DNA from: a virus | Lineage: Duplodnaviria > Caudoviricetes | Length of the DNA stretch: 37,095 nt | Virus record (IMG/VR): IMGVR_UViG_3300049139_000387 | Coordinates: 1 to 37,095 of that record | Direction: 5' to 3' (one strand) | Shown here: positions 1 to 9,332 of the stretch, in pieces | Position numbering within the stretch: the first letter of the stretch is position 1 | Layout of the letters: each line of letters starts with the position of its first letter | Notes under the pieces: generated by a model | What the model was told of the DNA's origin: nothing | Database searches by the model: none | The model's input: the letters and a program-made list of their open reading frames with translations, nothing else | Program-made: the position numbers and the translations under genes

Positions 1-6
1 GACGGC

Positions 7-135
7 ATGTCCTTGATCGTCTCCAGCGAGAAGCTGACCAAGAAGTACGGCGGGCGCACCGTCGTGGCGGACCTGGACCTGCGCGTCCCCGAGGGCTGCG
101 TGTACGGATTCCTGGGGCCCAACGGGCGCCCTTAA
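7..135 (+). pseudogene. 5' fragment of host ABC transporter ATP-binding gene, interrupted at Walker A
   Basis: ATG at 7 reads MSLIVSSEKLTKKYGGRTVVADLDLRVPEGCVYGFLGPNG, a textbook ABC ATPase N-terminus, then R-P-stop (TAA 133-135) instead of (A/S)GK(S/T). Confidence 0.9.
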
Positions 136-150
136 TTTACCCTATAACCG
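105..150. other. Probable attL/attR junction (crossover near 124-130)
   Basis: Abrupt switch from GC-rich host coding sequence (ttcctggggcccaacggg) to AT-richer non-coding sequence (cttaatttaccctataacc), ~210 bp beyond the last phage gene. Confidence 0.7.
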
Positions 151-296
151 CCTACCTGGGCTAACTAAGCCTAACGTCCTAGCGAGTGCGGGAGAACGAC
201 GAGGAGAACTCGCTCAGAGCCAGGGTGCATCCGGGTGCCCACCAGGATTCTGTCACCTCCTGACCAGGGGTTTTGTCACCAAACGGGACATGAAGA

Positions 297-337
297 AACG
301 CCCCCAGTCACACCACTCGGGCGCGACCAGGGGCGTT
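297..337 (-). terminator. Hairpin downstream of endolysin
   Basis: AACGCCCC (297-304) / GGGGCGTT (330-337) immediately after the endolysin stop. Confidence 0.5.
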
Positions 338-342
338 CTCTA

Positions 343-1146
343 TTAGGTGAACGGGGCCTCCCACGCGGCGTTCCATGTGCGAACTCCGATGAGGCCGTCC
401 ACGCCCAAGGACTTCTCGGACTGGAATTGACGGGTGACCTTTTCCGTCTTGGGACCGTAGAGGCCATCGGCGACGCCGAGCCCGCCCCACCCGCGAGCCA
501 GCATCTGGCGTTGCCAGCGGCGCAGGTCCTCGCGATGACCGTAGTAGCCGCTCACCTGCCAGACGGGACCGCTACGCGGCCCGAAGGCGTAACCGGGCGG
601 GAGGGGGAAGGCCGGAGCCTTGCCGGTTCCTGGCTTGGAGCCTCCGCCCCCGCCTCCTGAACCCCCTGCGCGCCTGATGATCTCGCCGAGCTGGGAGATC
701 ACCCGCGCTCCGGGGCAGCCGGTCGGTCCGCCCCAGGTGGAGCCGCCGAGGGAGTGGTAGGCGAGTCCGCGCCCGCTGATGCTGCTGGTGCGCTGAAGCG
801 GCACACCGTGCGTGGAGTTCGCCCACTTGAGGATGCGAGCGCAGGCGTCGAGCTGGGCGCTGGTGAGGGGTTCGTTGACGTTGCCCTCGTTCTCGATCGA
901 CAGGCAGTACGAGTTCCCGTTGCCCTGCGCCCACGCGGTGTCGCTGGTGTCCACCCACTGACGGATGGCACCGTTCTGGGCGACGCCGAAGTGGCTGCTC
1001 ACACGGGCTCGGGGGTTGCGGAACCACGAGTCGGTGCCGCTCATGGTGCCCTGCATCTTGTGGATGGTGACGATGCGCGGGCGACAACCGCCCGTCCGGT
1101 AGTTGGTGCTGATGGGGCGCCACTGGACGCCCGGCATTCGAGCCAA
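343..1146 (-). CDS. Endolysin: N-acetylmuramoyl-L-alanine amidase + C-terminal peptidoglycan-binding domain
   Basis: Amidase_2 motifs (IVTIH, SSHF, AWAQ, SIENEG, H..CPG), Gly linker, PG-binding DGLYG..T...FQ...L.VDGLIG..TW; start set at TTG 1146 with GGAG RBS. Confidence 0.92.
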   Translation of the reverse strand: MARMPGVQWRPISTNYRTGGCRPRIVTIHKMQGTMSGTDSWFRNPRARVSSHFGVAQNGAIRQWVDTSDTAWAQGNGNSYCLSIENEGNVNEPLTSAQLDACARILKWANSTHGVPLQRTSSISGRGLAYHSLGGSTWGGPTGCPGARVISQLGEIIRRAGGSGGGGGGSKPGTGKAPAFPLPPGYAFGPRSGPVWQVSGYYGHREDLRRWQRQMLARGWGGLGVADGLYGPKTEKVTRQFQSEKSLGVDGLIGVRTWNAAWEAPFT

Positions 1147-1168
1147 GATCGTGCTCCAGACATGACGA

Positions 1169-1196
1169 AGCCCGCACCGGTAGGCCGGTGCGGGCT
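1169..1196. terminator. Perfect 12-bp stem-loop upstream of endolysin
   Basis: AGCCCGCACCGG-tagg-CCGGTGCGGGCT. Confidence 0.6.
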
Positions 1197-1210
1197 GGAG
1201 AAAGGTGAGT

Positions 1211-1480
1211 TCAGCGGGGGTCGGGCGGGTCGTCCTTGAGCTGGAGGTAATAGTCCAGCTCGTCGTCCACGGCCCTCTCGTCCTCAAACTCCTCCGGGGA
1301 GGGTTCCGGCGAGGGGACAGGTGCGATCGGCACCTCTTCGGCGGGTGTGAGCCAGCGGTCCACGACGCTCTTGTAGCGCTGGATCAGGCGCACCACGGCG
1401 AGGTAGACGACACCGGCCAGGAGCGCCACCAGCTCACGCCGAAGGTCGTCCCAGGCGAACCCGGTCAGCAGGTCATCCAC
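1211..1480 (-). CDS. Small membrane protein, holin-region
   Basis: One hydrophobic helix (LVALLAGVVYLAVV), acidic tail; GTG start overlapping the 3' end of the upstream gene; next to endolysin. Confidence 0.65.
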   Translation of the reverse strand: MDDLLTGFAWDDLRRELVALLAGVVYLAVVRLIQRYKSVVDRWLTPAEEVPIAPVPSPEPSPEEFEDERAVDDELDYYLQLKDDPPDPR

Positions 1481-1850
1481 GGGCCACCGCCTCGGCGCGC
1501 AGCTCCCGGGTGCGGGTCTCACGCAGGTACGCGGTCGCGGCGAGGGGGATCTGCGTGGTGAAGAGCAGGAGGAACCCGGCCTGTCCGGCCAGGCTCAGGC
1601 CGGTGGAGTTGGTCAGGTAGAGGACCCCGGCGATCACCGAGTACGCGCCCACGCCGAGCAGGATGTGTCGGGGCGGTGGCCAGTCGGCTAGCGCTGCGGT
1701 GACGCACCCGATCGCGAGCGCGATCCCCGCCAGGACGAGTCCGACCTGGAGGACGGTGGTGGTGACGGCGAAGGGCGAGGACGTGAGGATGAGGGCGATG
1801 GCCAGGCTGTACAGGCCGTGCCCGAGTAGACGGATTCCTGCGGGTTCCAT
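1473..1850 (-). CDS. Multi-pass membrane protein, putative holin
   Basis: About four hydrophobic segments, GGAG RBS, lysis-module position. Confidence 0.7.
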   Translation of the reverse strand: MEPAGIRLLGHGLYSLAIALILTSSPFAVTTTVLQVGLVLAGIALAIGCVTAALADWPPPRHILLGVGAYSVIAGVLYLTNSTGLSLAGQAGFLLLFTTQIPLAATAYLRETRTRELRAEAVARG

Positions 1851-1868
1851 AGGGCTCCAGACATGGGA

Positions 1869-1892
1869 GAACCCCCGGCGATGCGGGGGTTC
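1869..1892. terminator. Stem-loop between tail and lysis genes
   Basis: GAACCCCCG-gcgatg-CGGGGGTTC. Confidence 0.45.
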
Positions 1893-2103
1893 AGGTGGCG
1901 GTGACGCGGCGGACGGTTCCGGTGGCGTCGCGGTATCTGAGCTGGGCGCCGACGATCCACAGGTTGCAGCGCGACTCCGGTGGCGGGTCCTCAGCCAGCA
2001 CGGGTACGGCCAGCGGTCGGCGCTCCAGTGCGGCCAGCCGACGCTCTGTGGTGCGCTCGGCCGCGAGGACGCGGGCGGTCACGGACGTGTTGGACCGGGG
2101 CAT
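1891..2103 (-). CDS. Small tail-associated protein
   Basis: MPRSNTS...ERRLAALERR coiled coil; ATG coupled (TGATG) to the upstream stop. Confidence 0.65.
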   Translation of the reverse strand: MPRSNTSVTARVLAAERTTERRLAALERRPLAVPVLAEDPPPESRCNLWIVGAQLRYRDATGTVRRVTAT

Positions 2104-3221
2104 CAGCTCTCCGTGTCGGGCGGGTGGTGGTCGGCCAGGTCGAGCGTGAGTGTGGCGCGGGCGACCTGTTCGCGGGTGGTGTCGTGGACGGTGCGCTCGG
2201 TGATGCGCACGGCGGGTCGGTCCTCGTCCAGCCACTCATCGCGCAGCACCAGGCGGGCGCGATCGCCGACGCCGTAGGAGGACAGGGGCGGGGCCGTGGC
2301 GGTGACGTCGATCTGCACGGCGATGGGCGACTCGGTCGAGGCGAGGCGTTCGGCGCGGGCGTGTTCGGCGAGGGTGGTGGCGCGGGTGACACCGGAATAG
2401 GTCTGCGCTTTCTCCCGCAGCAGCGCGTGTCCGGCCCCGAGTCCGGGGTCGGTATCGACGGCCAGCAGCGCATCGGGTGGGGCGGGGTCGTCGCCCATAG
2501 CCCACACGCGGGTGAACCGCTCGGCGGCATTGTCGGGCCAGTCGTAGGCGAGCACGTTCCCGCCGCTGGGCGTGGTCTCGAACAGCAGCGGTCCGGCGGC
2601 CTGGTGGCGCTCGGGATGCCACAGCTCCAGCACCCACACCGGACGGGTGCCGTCGTAGCGGGCCGAGATATCCCAGTCGAACCCGCGTTCGCGCTGGGCC
2701 ATGGCGTCGATGGCTTCGGCCACGGGACGGAAACTCTGAGCTTCCACGGTCAGCTCACGCAGCACACCGGAGACCTGGGAGCCGACCGCGATGGGCGGGC
2801 ATCCCGCTTCGCTGGCGGCGAAGGCCACTAGCTCCCGGGCGATGGCGAGTTGATCGACATCGCGCCAGGCCCAGGTGACGTGTCGGCTTCCGCTCATGCG
2901 GCGGATGAGACGGGTGGTCAGCCACGCCTTGGCGTGGGCGGCGGTCACGGTGATGGTGCGCTCACGCGGTGACCAGGGGCGGGCGATGATCACACCGTGC
3001 CACACGACCCGAGACTGGTCGTCCACGACGTACAGGCACGCGCGGTCAGGAGTGGTGGCGGTGCGGATGGCGTCGCTGAGGGTCGGGGTGATGGCGATGG
3101 TCCCGGTCAGCGAGCCGGGTTCGGTGAGCGATGCCGACCACTGGGTGCCAGTCAGCGGTAGACCATCCCCGTATAGGGGCCGTCCGGTGAGCACGTCGTG
3201 GACCCTGTAGGTGAAGCTCAT
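2103..3221 (-). CDS. Minor tail protein (siphovirus Gp37-like hub)
   Basis: 372 aa; W..L..PGS, VWHGVI, YGVGD motifs typical of actinophage minor tail proteins; position. Confidence 0.8.
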   Translation of the reverse strand: MSFTYRVHDVLTGRPLYGDGLPLTGTQWSASLTEPGSLTGTIAITPTLSDAIRTATTPDRACLYVVDDQSRVVWHGVIIARPWSPRERTITVTAAHAKAWLTTRLIRRMSGSRHVTWAWRDVDQLAIARELVAFAASEAGCPPIAVGSQVSGVLRELTVEAQSFRPVAEAIDAMAQRERGFDWDISARYDGTRPVWVLELWHPERHQAAGPLLFETTPSGGNVLAYDWPDNAAERFTRVWAMGDDPAPPDALLAVDTDPGLGAGHALLREKAQTYSGVTRATTLAEHARAERLASTESPIAVQIDVTATAPPLSSYGVGDRARLVLRDEWLDEDRPAVRITERTVHDTTREQVARATLTLDLADHHPPDTES

Positions 3222-4099
3222 GGCTGGTCGAGCCAGTAGGAGAACCCATCGAAGGCCAGCCAGTACGTGGTGTATTCGCTGCTGAGCCTGTTACTGGTGA
3301 GAGTCCCGTCGGGGGAGATCTGAGCGCGCATGACTCCGCCACTGACGGTGCTGCTGGTGCGCGCGGTCCCGTACGCGGTCCCGTAGACGGTGCTGGACGG
3401 ACGGGCGTGGACGGGTACCCGGGCGAGGGCGACTTCCCCGGATAGGTCGCCGTCCGGGATGAGGCCGCCACGGCTGGGCACCATCGCCCCGGACAGCCAC
3501 ACACGGCCACCGTCCACGCGATAGCTCGGAGAACGACCCTCGAAGGCGCTGTAGCCGGTGCGCAGGACGAGCGGTTGCCATCCGCCATCGGCGGGCAGGA
3601 GTCGCCGGGTGATGGTGGCGGGGGCGATGGTGGTGTCACCGGGGTTGACGCGCACGTCCGCCACGCGTGCCCAGGCTCCGGCTGGAGCAGCGGCCTCGAT
3701 GGACGCTGTTGTCGGTGCGGCCGGTGTGGTCGAGGCGGTGCCCTGCACGATCGTCCACGCAGGACCCTGCGCCTCGACCTGCCCGTACTGGGCATCGGCG
3801 ACGGTGACCACCAGAGCGTCGATGCGCGGTTGTGCGGCGGGTCCCGGCCAGGGCAGGACCTCGGGTTCGGCTGACCACACCAGGTACGAGCCTTGATCAA
3901 CCGCTGAGCGGCCTTCCAGGACCGCGCGGCCGGGGCCGATCTCCACGGCCAGCCCACCCTCCTGGGCGAAGGGCATGACCGGGAAATCGCTGAGGCCCAT
4001 GCTTCCCGTGCCGGGGCGGATTCCGGCGATGAGCTGGCGCAGGTCCTCGACCGTGGTCGGGTACCCGTCCGCGCCGATCGCGGTGACACTCAAAGCCAC
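3218..4099 (-). CDS. Minor tail / tail-tip protein
   Basis: V..GRAV, PRIDALVV..V.D, IVQGT pattern of actinophage minor tail proteins; GTG start with GAGGAG RBS. Confidence 0.75.
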   Translation of the reverse strand: MALSVTAIGADGYPTTVEDLRQLIAGIRPGTGSMGLSDFPVMPFAQEGGLAVEIGPGRAVLEGRSAVDQGSYLVWSAEPEVLPWPGPAAQPRIDALVVTVADAQYGQVEAQGPAWTIVQGTASTTPAAPTTASIEAAAPAGAWARVADVRVNPGDTTIAPATITRRLLPADGGWQPLVLRTGYSAFEGRSPSYRVDGGRVWLSGAMVPSRGGLIPDGDLSGEVALARVPVHARPSSTVYGTAYGTARTSSTVSGGVMRAQISPDGTLTSNRLSSEYTTYWLAFDGFSYWLDQP

Positions 4100-4109
4100 G
4101 GCGTTCTCC

Positions 4110-5042
4110 TCACAGGTAGGCGTCGTAGAAGGTGGCCGTCCACTGAGCGGCCGGATCATAGGCAGGGGTGAGGAACCGCAGTTGGTTGCGCCCCGGGGTC
4201 AGCGGCCACCAGGTGCCCGAGGCGAGCGAGGCGATCGAGTAGCCGTCGATGTCGGCGGTGCGCTCGCCGTGGTCGATCGTGAGCCGCTGACGGGCACCGA
4301 GTGCGGTGGTGAACGACAACGTGTCGCCCGTGGCCTCGTTGATGATCCGCCAGCCCTGGGGCAACGGTCCGGTGATGGTCGAGATGGGAAAGGTGTGGGC
4401 GGTGCCCTCATTGGTCAGGGTCATGCGACCGGTGCCGCTGACGGGGCCGGTGAACACCAACGGAAAGGTCAGCGGGAACCTCAGAGACAGTTCGCCGGTC
4501 GCCTGGGCATCGGTGGTTCCACCCCGCTGCTCCGTGCCGTACTTGAGCGGGTCCGGCAGGATCAGCGGTACTGCGAAGGCGAAGTGGGTGGGACCGATGG
4601 GCTCGGTCTCGATCGCCCCGCCCAGCCGAGCGGTGATGCGCTTGGGCACGGCCTCCTCCACCACCACGGACAGGTCGGTGGTGTAGCCGTCGAACGCTCG
4701 GTAGAGCCGGTTCCGTGCTGCCTCAGCGGTGTCGAACGCTGGGGTCAGCACGTGGCCGTGGACGGTGATCTCCCGGGCGGACTTGGGGAACCTCGCAGCG
4801 GCCACCGACCGGTCCGACATACCCAGCGGGGTCACGATCGGCTCGGCCTGCGGCGTGGACAGCCATCCCTCCACATCCGAGAGCACCCACCGCACCCCGG
4901 ACTCGTCCGGGTGTGGGTCCGTGGACAACACGACCGCGGATTCGCCCTCGCCCACCCGCAGGGTGATCACCAGCGGGCGAGGCGAGGGCTCCTCCAGGAC
5001 CATGGGCACCGCCGACACCGTCCGCTGATGGGTGTGCGTCAT
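4110..5042 (-). CDS. Distal tail protein (Dit-like)
   Basis: Follows tape measure; VEGW, REIT..G, PDPLKYG, FPLTFPL, N.G...P, LTPGRN motifs. Confidence 0.85.
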   Translation of the reverse strand: MTHTHQRTVSAVPMVLEEPSPRPLVITLRVGEGESAVVLSTDPHPDESGVRWVLSDVEGWLSTPQAEPIVTPLGMSDRSVAAARFPKSAREITVHGHVLTPAFDTAEAARNRLYRAFDGYTTDLSVVVEEAVPKRITARLGGAIETEPIGPTHFAFAVPLILPDPLKYGTEQRGGTTDAQATGELSLRFPLTFPLVFTGPVSGTGRMTLTNEGTAHTFPISTITGPLPQGWRIINEATGDTLSFTTALGARQRLTIDHGERTADIDGYSIASLASGTWWPLTPGRNQLRFLTPAYDPAAQWTATFYDAYL

Positions 5043-8000
5043 GCGGCGGCTCCCACGGGTGCGGCGGGACCGACGACGCCCGCGTTGCGCAGCAACGTCA
5101 TCCGCCGCTGGATCGCGGCGGCGATGGCGTGCGGATCGGCGTCGGTACGGGCGTGGACGGTGATCGGCTGCGTGGGAGCGACCGGTGTGCGCCGTTCGCG
5201 CTCGGGAAGGCGGATGGCGTCGCCGATACGGGCGGCGAGGTCATCGAGACCGCGCCGCAGTGGGATGACGGCCTCAGGTCCGGCCTCGCCGACCAGGGCG
5301 TGAAGTGGCCGGGTGATGATGCCGCCTTCGGCCAACGCTCGGTACTTCGGCCGCCCCCACTTCTGCACCGAGCCCGAGAACGAGCGCTCGCGCACGTTGA
5401 GGCCCGTACGGGGAGCCTCGATGATTCGCGAGCCGCCCCGGTTGGTCGCCATCCACACGTGTCCGGGGTGCGGGAAACCGAGGTCGCCCGGGACCGGTGA
5501 GCTGATGGTCTTGGACCAGGTCATCTGTGCCTGGGAGACGCGGGGCACACCGCGCACTCCTGCGTTGGTGAGCGCGTACTGCATCAACGAGGAGCAGTCG
5601 AAACCACGGATATTCGCCCCTTGCGCGAACCCGAACGAGGGTCCGGCCGGGCTGCCTCCGCCCCAGGAGTACGGAACACCGAGCTGGCTCCGCGCGAGCT
5701 GGACGGCCCTGCGCGCCATCGGCCCTCCGCCAAGACGGGACTCGGCGCTGTCGAACCAGTCGAGCAACTTGTCCACGAGCCTGCTCGGGACCTCAGCGAT
5801 CATCGCCCCCCACTCGGTGTCGCCGAGCACCTGGCGAGCACCCGAGACCATCGGGTCGAGCACGGCCTGTGCGGCGGCGCGGACGCCATCGGTCCACAGG
5901 TCGGCGGCCTGGTCGAGGAACCCGCCGACCGAGCCGGTAATGGACCCGACGATGCCGCCCCCGGCGAACGCCGGAAGCCGCCCCATCCTCGCCATCGCGT
6001 TGATGGTGTGGATGGTGTCCGCGCCCAGCCACCGTGTGGCTTCTGGGCGCAGGACCGCCTCACCGGGGGACAGCATCGCCAGGACGCTGTCGTGGCCGGG
6101 GTCGTAGCCCGGAATGATGCCACCGCTGGCCAGTCTCGGCCCGGCTGGAAGCTTGGACAGACCGACCCTGGTGGCGACGCTGTCCCACATCTTCTTGATG
6201 CCGTTGGTGTAGACCGTGTCAATGACCCACTTGACCGGCTGCCTCGCCGCGTTCCTCACTTGGTTCCAGTGGCGCCGAATCGCGGCGACCCCAGTGCGGA
6301 AGGCGTCGGCCACGCGGGAGACTCCAAGGCGCAAGGCGGAGAACGCCGGTGAGACCCAGTTCTGCCAGACCGAGCGCACGACCGAGCCCACGCCGTTCAT
6401 CGCCGGGCGGATGATCGTTCGCCACAGCCAGGTGAAGATGGGGCCGACGACGTTGCGCAAGTAGCTGACGTACAGGCCGAAGATCGGCCGCCCGACCTTG
6501 TTCCACACCCACGAGACGACCGCGCCCACGGCCCGAAGCGCGGGCTGGACGTAGCGGGTATGGAACCGCGTGAAGGCAGGGCCGACCGTTCCAGACAGGA
6601 ACCCGCCGATCCAGGTAAAGACCGGGCGCAGGACTGTGTTCCACAGCCACAGCCCGACTGCCGCGATCGCCTGGAAGGCGGCCTGGCAGAGATCGCGGAA
6701 CCAGCCGATGCGCTGGTAGGCGAGGACGACGGCCCCGATGACGGCCATCACCGCCAGGACGATGAGTCCCAACGGGTTGGCCGACAGCGCGATGTTCAGG
6801 GCCCACTGCGCGACGCTCCACACCCGCGTCGCGATGGACGCCGCGCGCTGAGCCACGGTCGCCGCGACGGTCGCGACACGCGCACGAGTGGCCGCTGCTG
6901 CGGCGGCGGTCTGGGCTGCGGCCAGCCTCGACCAGTTCGCCGCCGTGGTGAGCGCGGTGGTCCCGGCCGAGCGGACGGCGGTCGCGGCGGTGCCCGCTGC
7001 TCCTCGTACACGGGTCAGCGCCGAGGAGGCCGCCGTCCCCACGGCGGAGGCCCCGGCGCGGGTGGCGGTCGTGGCGCGATTCCACCCGGAGGCGAGGATG
7101 CCGCCCAGCGACGTCGCGGCGGTGCGCGTCGCGTTGGCCGTGGCGGTCAGGCCGGTGCGCGTGGCCTGCGCGACGGCGGAGGCCCCGGTACGTGCAGCGG
7201 TGGTCGCGCCGTGCCACCCGCGACGCAGAAGTCCGCCGAGCGAGCCGGCCGACCCGCTGAACGCCGACTGCGCCACCTGAGCGGAACGGAACCCCTGAGC
7301 CATGCGACTGAGCGCACCGACCGAGGAGGTAGCGCCCCGGGCGAGCAGCCCGACGCCACCAGCGGCGAGGCTCGCGGCCGGAGCCAAGGACGTGATCCGC
7401 CCCAGCAGGGGCGCGAGCACGAGGGACCAGGCCAGCGAGGAGGAGACGACATCCTGAACGGGACCAGGCAGGGAGGAGAACGCCCCGGCGATGGTGCCGA
7501 CGACCCCGGCGAGGTCAGGCAGAACCGTCAGCAGGTCCTCAGCGATCCCGGTCAGCAGACCGAAGACCTCACCGATCTGCTCCTGTCCCTGGGCGGATTG
7601 CGCCCAGGCGGCCCACTCACCGGTCAGCCGCTCGACGGTGTCGAGCAAGCTCTGACCGTCCGCCGACGCTCCGCCGAAGATCCCGCCGAGCAACCCGCCA
7701 AGATTGGTCCCAATGCGGCTGAGCTGACCGAGCACATCGACAGAGCGCTCCACGACCTCGCTCATGCGAGCCGCGCCTGCCTCGCTGGACAGGAACGCGG
7801 CGGCTGACGACAGCGCACCGCTGGACCATTCGCCGAAGCGGGTGACCAGCGGAAGACCGATGGAGACCAGCTCGGCCAGCACGCTCATCAGAGGAGCGAC
7901 CGCGCCCCGGAGGCTGTCGGTGGCCTCGGCGGTGCCACTGAACACCTCGGCGGCCTGGCCTTGGAACAGCGGCGAGGAAGCGGCACTGAGGGCTTCACGG

Positions 8001-8611
8001 GCGAGCCCGTTGAGGCTGTCGGAGACGTCGCCGAGCCCGGATTCCAGGACGGGTAGGGCACCGCTGCCGGTGAGGGTGTCCAGGTCGTCGGCGAGCCCTG
8101 AGAACAGGCGATCTTGGGTCGCTCGCTGGATCGGTGAGAACGCTTCGCCGAGCCCTTGCCAGGAGCGAACGAACGAACGCGCGTTCGGGGACAGCCCTTC
8201 CAGCGCCTCGTTGAGGGCTTCGGCGTCGCCCTCGGCGACGGCCACCATGGCGTCGCCGACACCACGCACGCCGACCATCAGCGTGCCGATCGCGGCCGAC
8301 GCCACTCCTGCGGCTGCGGGGATCGCGAGCAGAGCACCGGTGGCCGGAGCGATCGCCCCGGCCACCGCGATCCCACTCGCGCCGAGCGAGCTGAGCAGAA
8401 CGCCGCGCGCGCTAGCCGCGACCCCGTGCAGAGTCGCGGTCAGGGCGCGGTCAGCCGCACGGCCGAAGCGGACACCGAAGCGGGCGCCGGACGCGTCGGC
8501 TTCGCGTTCGGCCGCCTTCAGGGCAGGACCGAGGCGGCGCAGAACCTCACGCCCGAAGCCGCTGAGGTCGGGGCGGACGGTGAGGTAGGCCGACCCGATC
8601 CCCTCAGCCAT
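5039..8611 (-). CDS. Tape measure protein with C-terminal NlpC/P60 peptidoglycan hydrolase domain
   Basis: 1190 aa Ala-rich with Trp/Phe periodic repeats; LGVPYSWGG..FDCSSL..PGDL..GHV..IEAP; flanking ASGG/AEGG..GEAGPEAVIPL motifs. Confidence 0.93.
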   Translation of the reverse strand: MAEGIGSAYLTVRPDLSGFGREVLRRLGPALKAAEREADASGARFGVRFGRAADRALTATLHGVAASARGVLLSSLGASGIAVAGAIAPATGALLAIPAAAGVASAAIGTLMVGVRGVGDAMVAVAEGDAEALNEALEGLSPNARSFVRSWQGLGEAFSPIQRATQDRLFSGLADDLDTLTGSGALPVLESGLGDVSDSLNGLAREALSAASSPLFQGQAAEVFSGTAEATDSLRGAVAPLMSVLAELVSIGLPLVTRFGEWSSGALSSAAAFLSSEAGAARMSEVVERSVDVLGQLSRIGTNLGGLLGGIFGGASADGQSLLDTVERLTGEWAAWAQSAQGQEQIGEVFGLLTGIAEDLLTVLPDLAGVVGTIAGAFSSLPGPVQDVVSSSLAWSLVLAPLLGRITSLAPAASLAAGGVGLLARGATSSVGALSRMAQGFRSAQVAQSAFSGSAGSLGGLLRRGWHGATTAARTGASAVAQATRTGLTATANATRTAATSLGGILASGWNRATTATRAGASAVGTAASSALTRVRGAAGTAATAVRSAGTTALTTAANWSRLAAAQTAAAAAATRARVATVAATVAQRAASIATRVWSVAQWALNIALSANPLGLIVLAVMAVIGAVVLAYQRIGWFRDLCQAAFQAIAAVGLWLWNTVLRPVFTWIGGFLSGTVGPAFTRFHTRYVQPALRAVGAVVSWVWNKVGRPIFGLYVSYLRNVVGPIFTWLWRTIIRPAMNGVGSVVRSVWQNWVSPAFSALRLGVSRVADAFRTGVAAIRRHWNQVRNAARQPVKWVIDTVYTNGIKKMWDSVATRVGLSKLPAGPRLASGGIIPGYDPGHDSVLAMLSPGEAVLRPEATRWLGADTIHTINAMARMGRLPAFAGGGIVGSITGSVGGFLDQAADLWTDGVRAAAQAVLDPMVSGARQVLGDTEWGAMIAEVPSRLVDKLLDWFDSAESRLGGGPMARRAVQLARSQLGVPYSWGGGSPAGPSFGFAQGANIRGFDCSSLMQYALTNAGVRGVPRVSQAQMTWSKTISSPVPGDLGFPHPGHVWMATNRGGSRIIEAPRTGLNVRERSFSGSVQKWGRPKYRALAEGGIITRPLHALVGEAGPEAVIPLRRGLDDLAARIGDAIRLPERERRTPVAPTQPITVHARTDADPHAIAAAIQRRMTLLRNAGVVGPAAPVGAAA

Positions 8612-8999
8612 GACCGCCTCCGCCCCACGCGGCGGCGATCACCGCGCGTACCTCGTCCGGATGGGTCGCGCGCCGACGCGGCTGCATGTCGCGCGGGCGA
8701 GGAACCTTGAGTTGCTTGGGAACGGCGGAGCGACGCACCCCATGCGATTCCAGGTAGGCGCGGTAGAGCGCGTGCAGAATCTCGGCGATGCTGGCCAACA
8801 GCTCGATCGACAGCGGCCAGGAGCCGGGTGAGGTGTTGGTGTTCGCGTCGGGTGGAAGCCCGCGGATCAGGGTCGCGGCCTCGTCAACGGTGGTGACTCC
8901 GCTCAGCGCTTGCGCGTAGTAGCGGAGGAAGTCCGCTTGCGCTGCGTCGTGGAGCGCGGGGTCTTGGAGGACCCCCGCGACGAGGCCGAGGTTTCCCCC
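8604..8999 (-). CDS. Tail assembly chaperone, -1 frameshift extension (gpT part of gpGT)
   Basis: -1 frame open from GGGGGAA (8999-8993) through NLGLVAGVLQDPALHDAAQADFLRYY...LIRGLPPD...LLASIAEIL to the stop at 8604. Confidence 0.8.
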   Translation of the reverse strand, partial: GGNLGLVAGVLQDPALHDAAQADFLRYYAQALSGVTTVDEAATLIRGLPPDANTNTSPGSWPLSIELLASIAEILHALYRAYLESHGVRRSAVPKQLKVPRPRDMQPRRRATHPDEVRAVIAAAWGGGGHG

Positions 9000-9262
9000 G
9001 TCTCACCGCCGTAGACCTGCTCCACGACATCCCTCAGCCACTCCACGGAGATATCCGAGCCGGCCAGGGTGAGAAGTTCATCGACCCGGTCACCGAAGAG
9101 GCAGCCGAGGGCTTTGATGACCTCTTCCTGTTGCAGGTAGTAGGGGAAGCCAAGCGGGAGCTTCGCGGGCATGACGAACCGTTCGCCGCGAACGGTGATG
9201 CCGGTTTCGGTGTCGGTGGCCGACAGGTCGCGGGCGATCTTGTCGGCGTCGATCCAAGGCAT
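8903..9262 (-). CDS. Tail assembly chaperone (gpG)
   Basis: Between major tail and tape measure; GE at slippery site followed by Ser/Thr/Arg-rich tail; GGAGG RBS. Confidence 0.85.
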   Translation of the reverse strand: MPWIDADKIARDLSATDTETGITVRGERFVMPAKLPLGFPYYLQQEEVIKALGCLFGDRVDELLTLAGSDISVEWLRDVVEQVYGGETGETSASSRGSSKTPRSTTQRKRTSSATTRKR

Positions 9263-9286
9263 GACGGTGCCTCCTGACGAGTGGTG

Positions 9287-9318
9287 CCAGGGGTGCGGCG
9301 GACGTGCCGCACCCCTGG
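9287..9318 (-). terminator. 13-bp stem-loop after major tail gene
   Basis: CCAGGGGTGCGGC-ggacgt-GCCGCACCCCTGG. Confidence 0.65.
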
Positions 9319-9332
9319 TGGACGGGTGCGGC

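Noticed and set aside
7020-7250. Internal duplication in tape measure (GG.L..GW..ATTA.R.GASAV twice)
   Set aside because: Ordinary tape-measure repeat expansion
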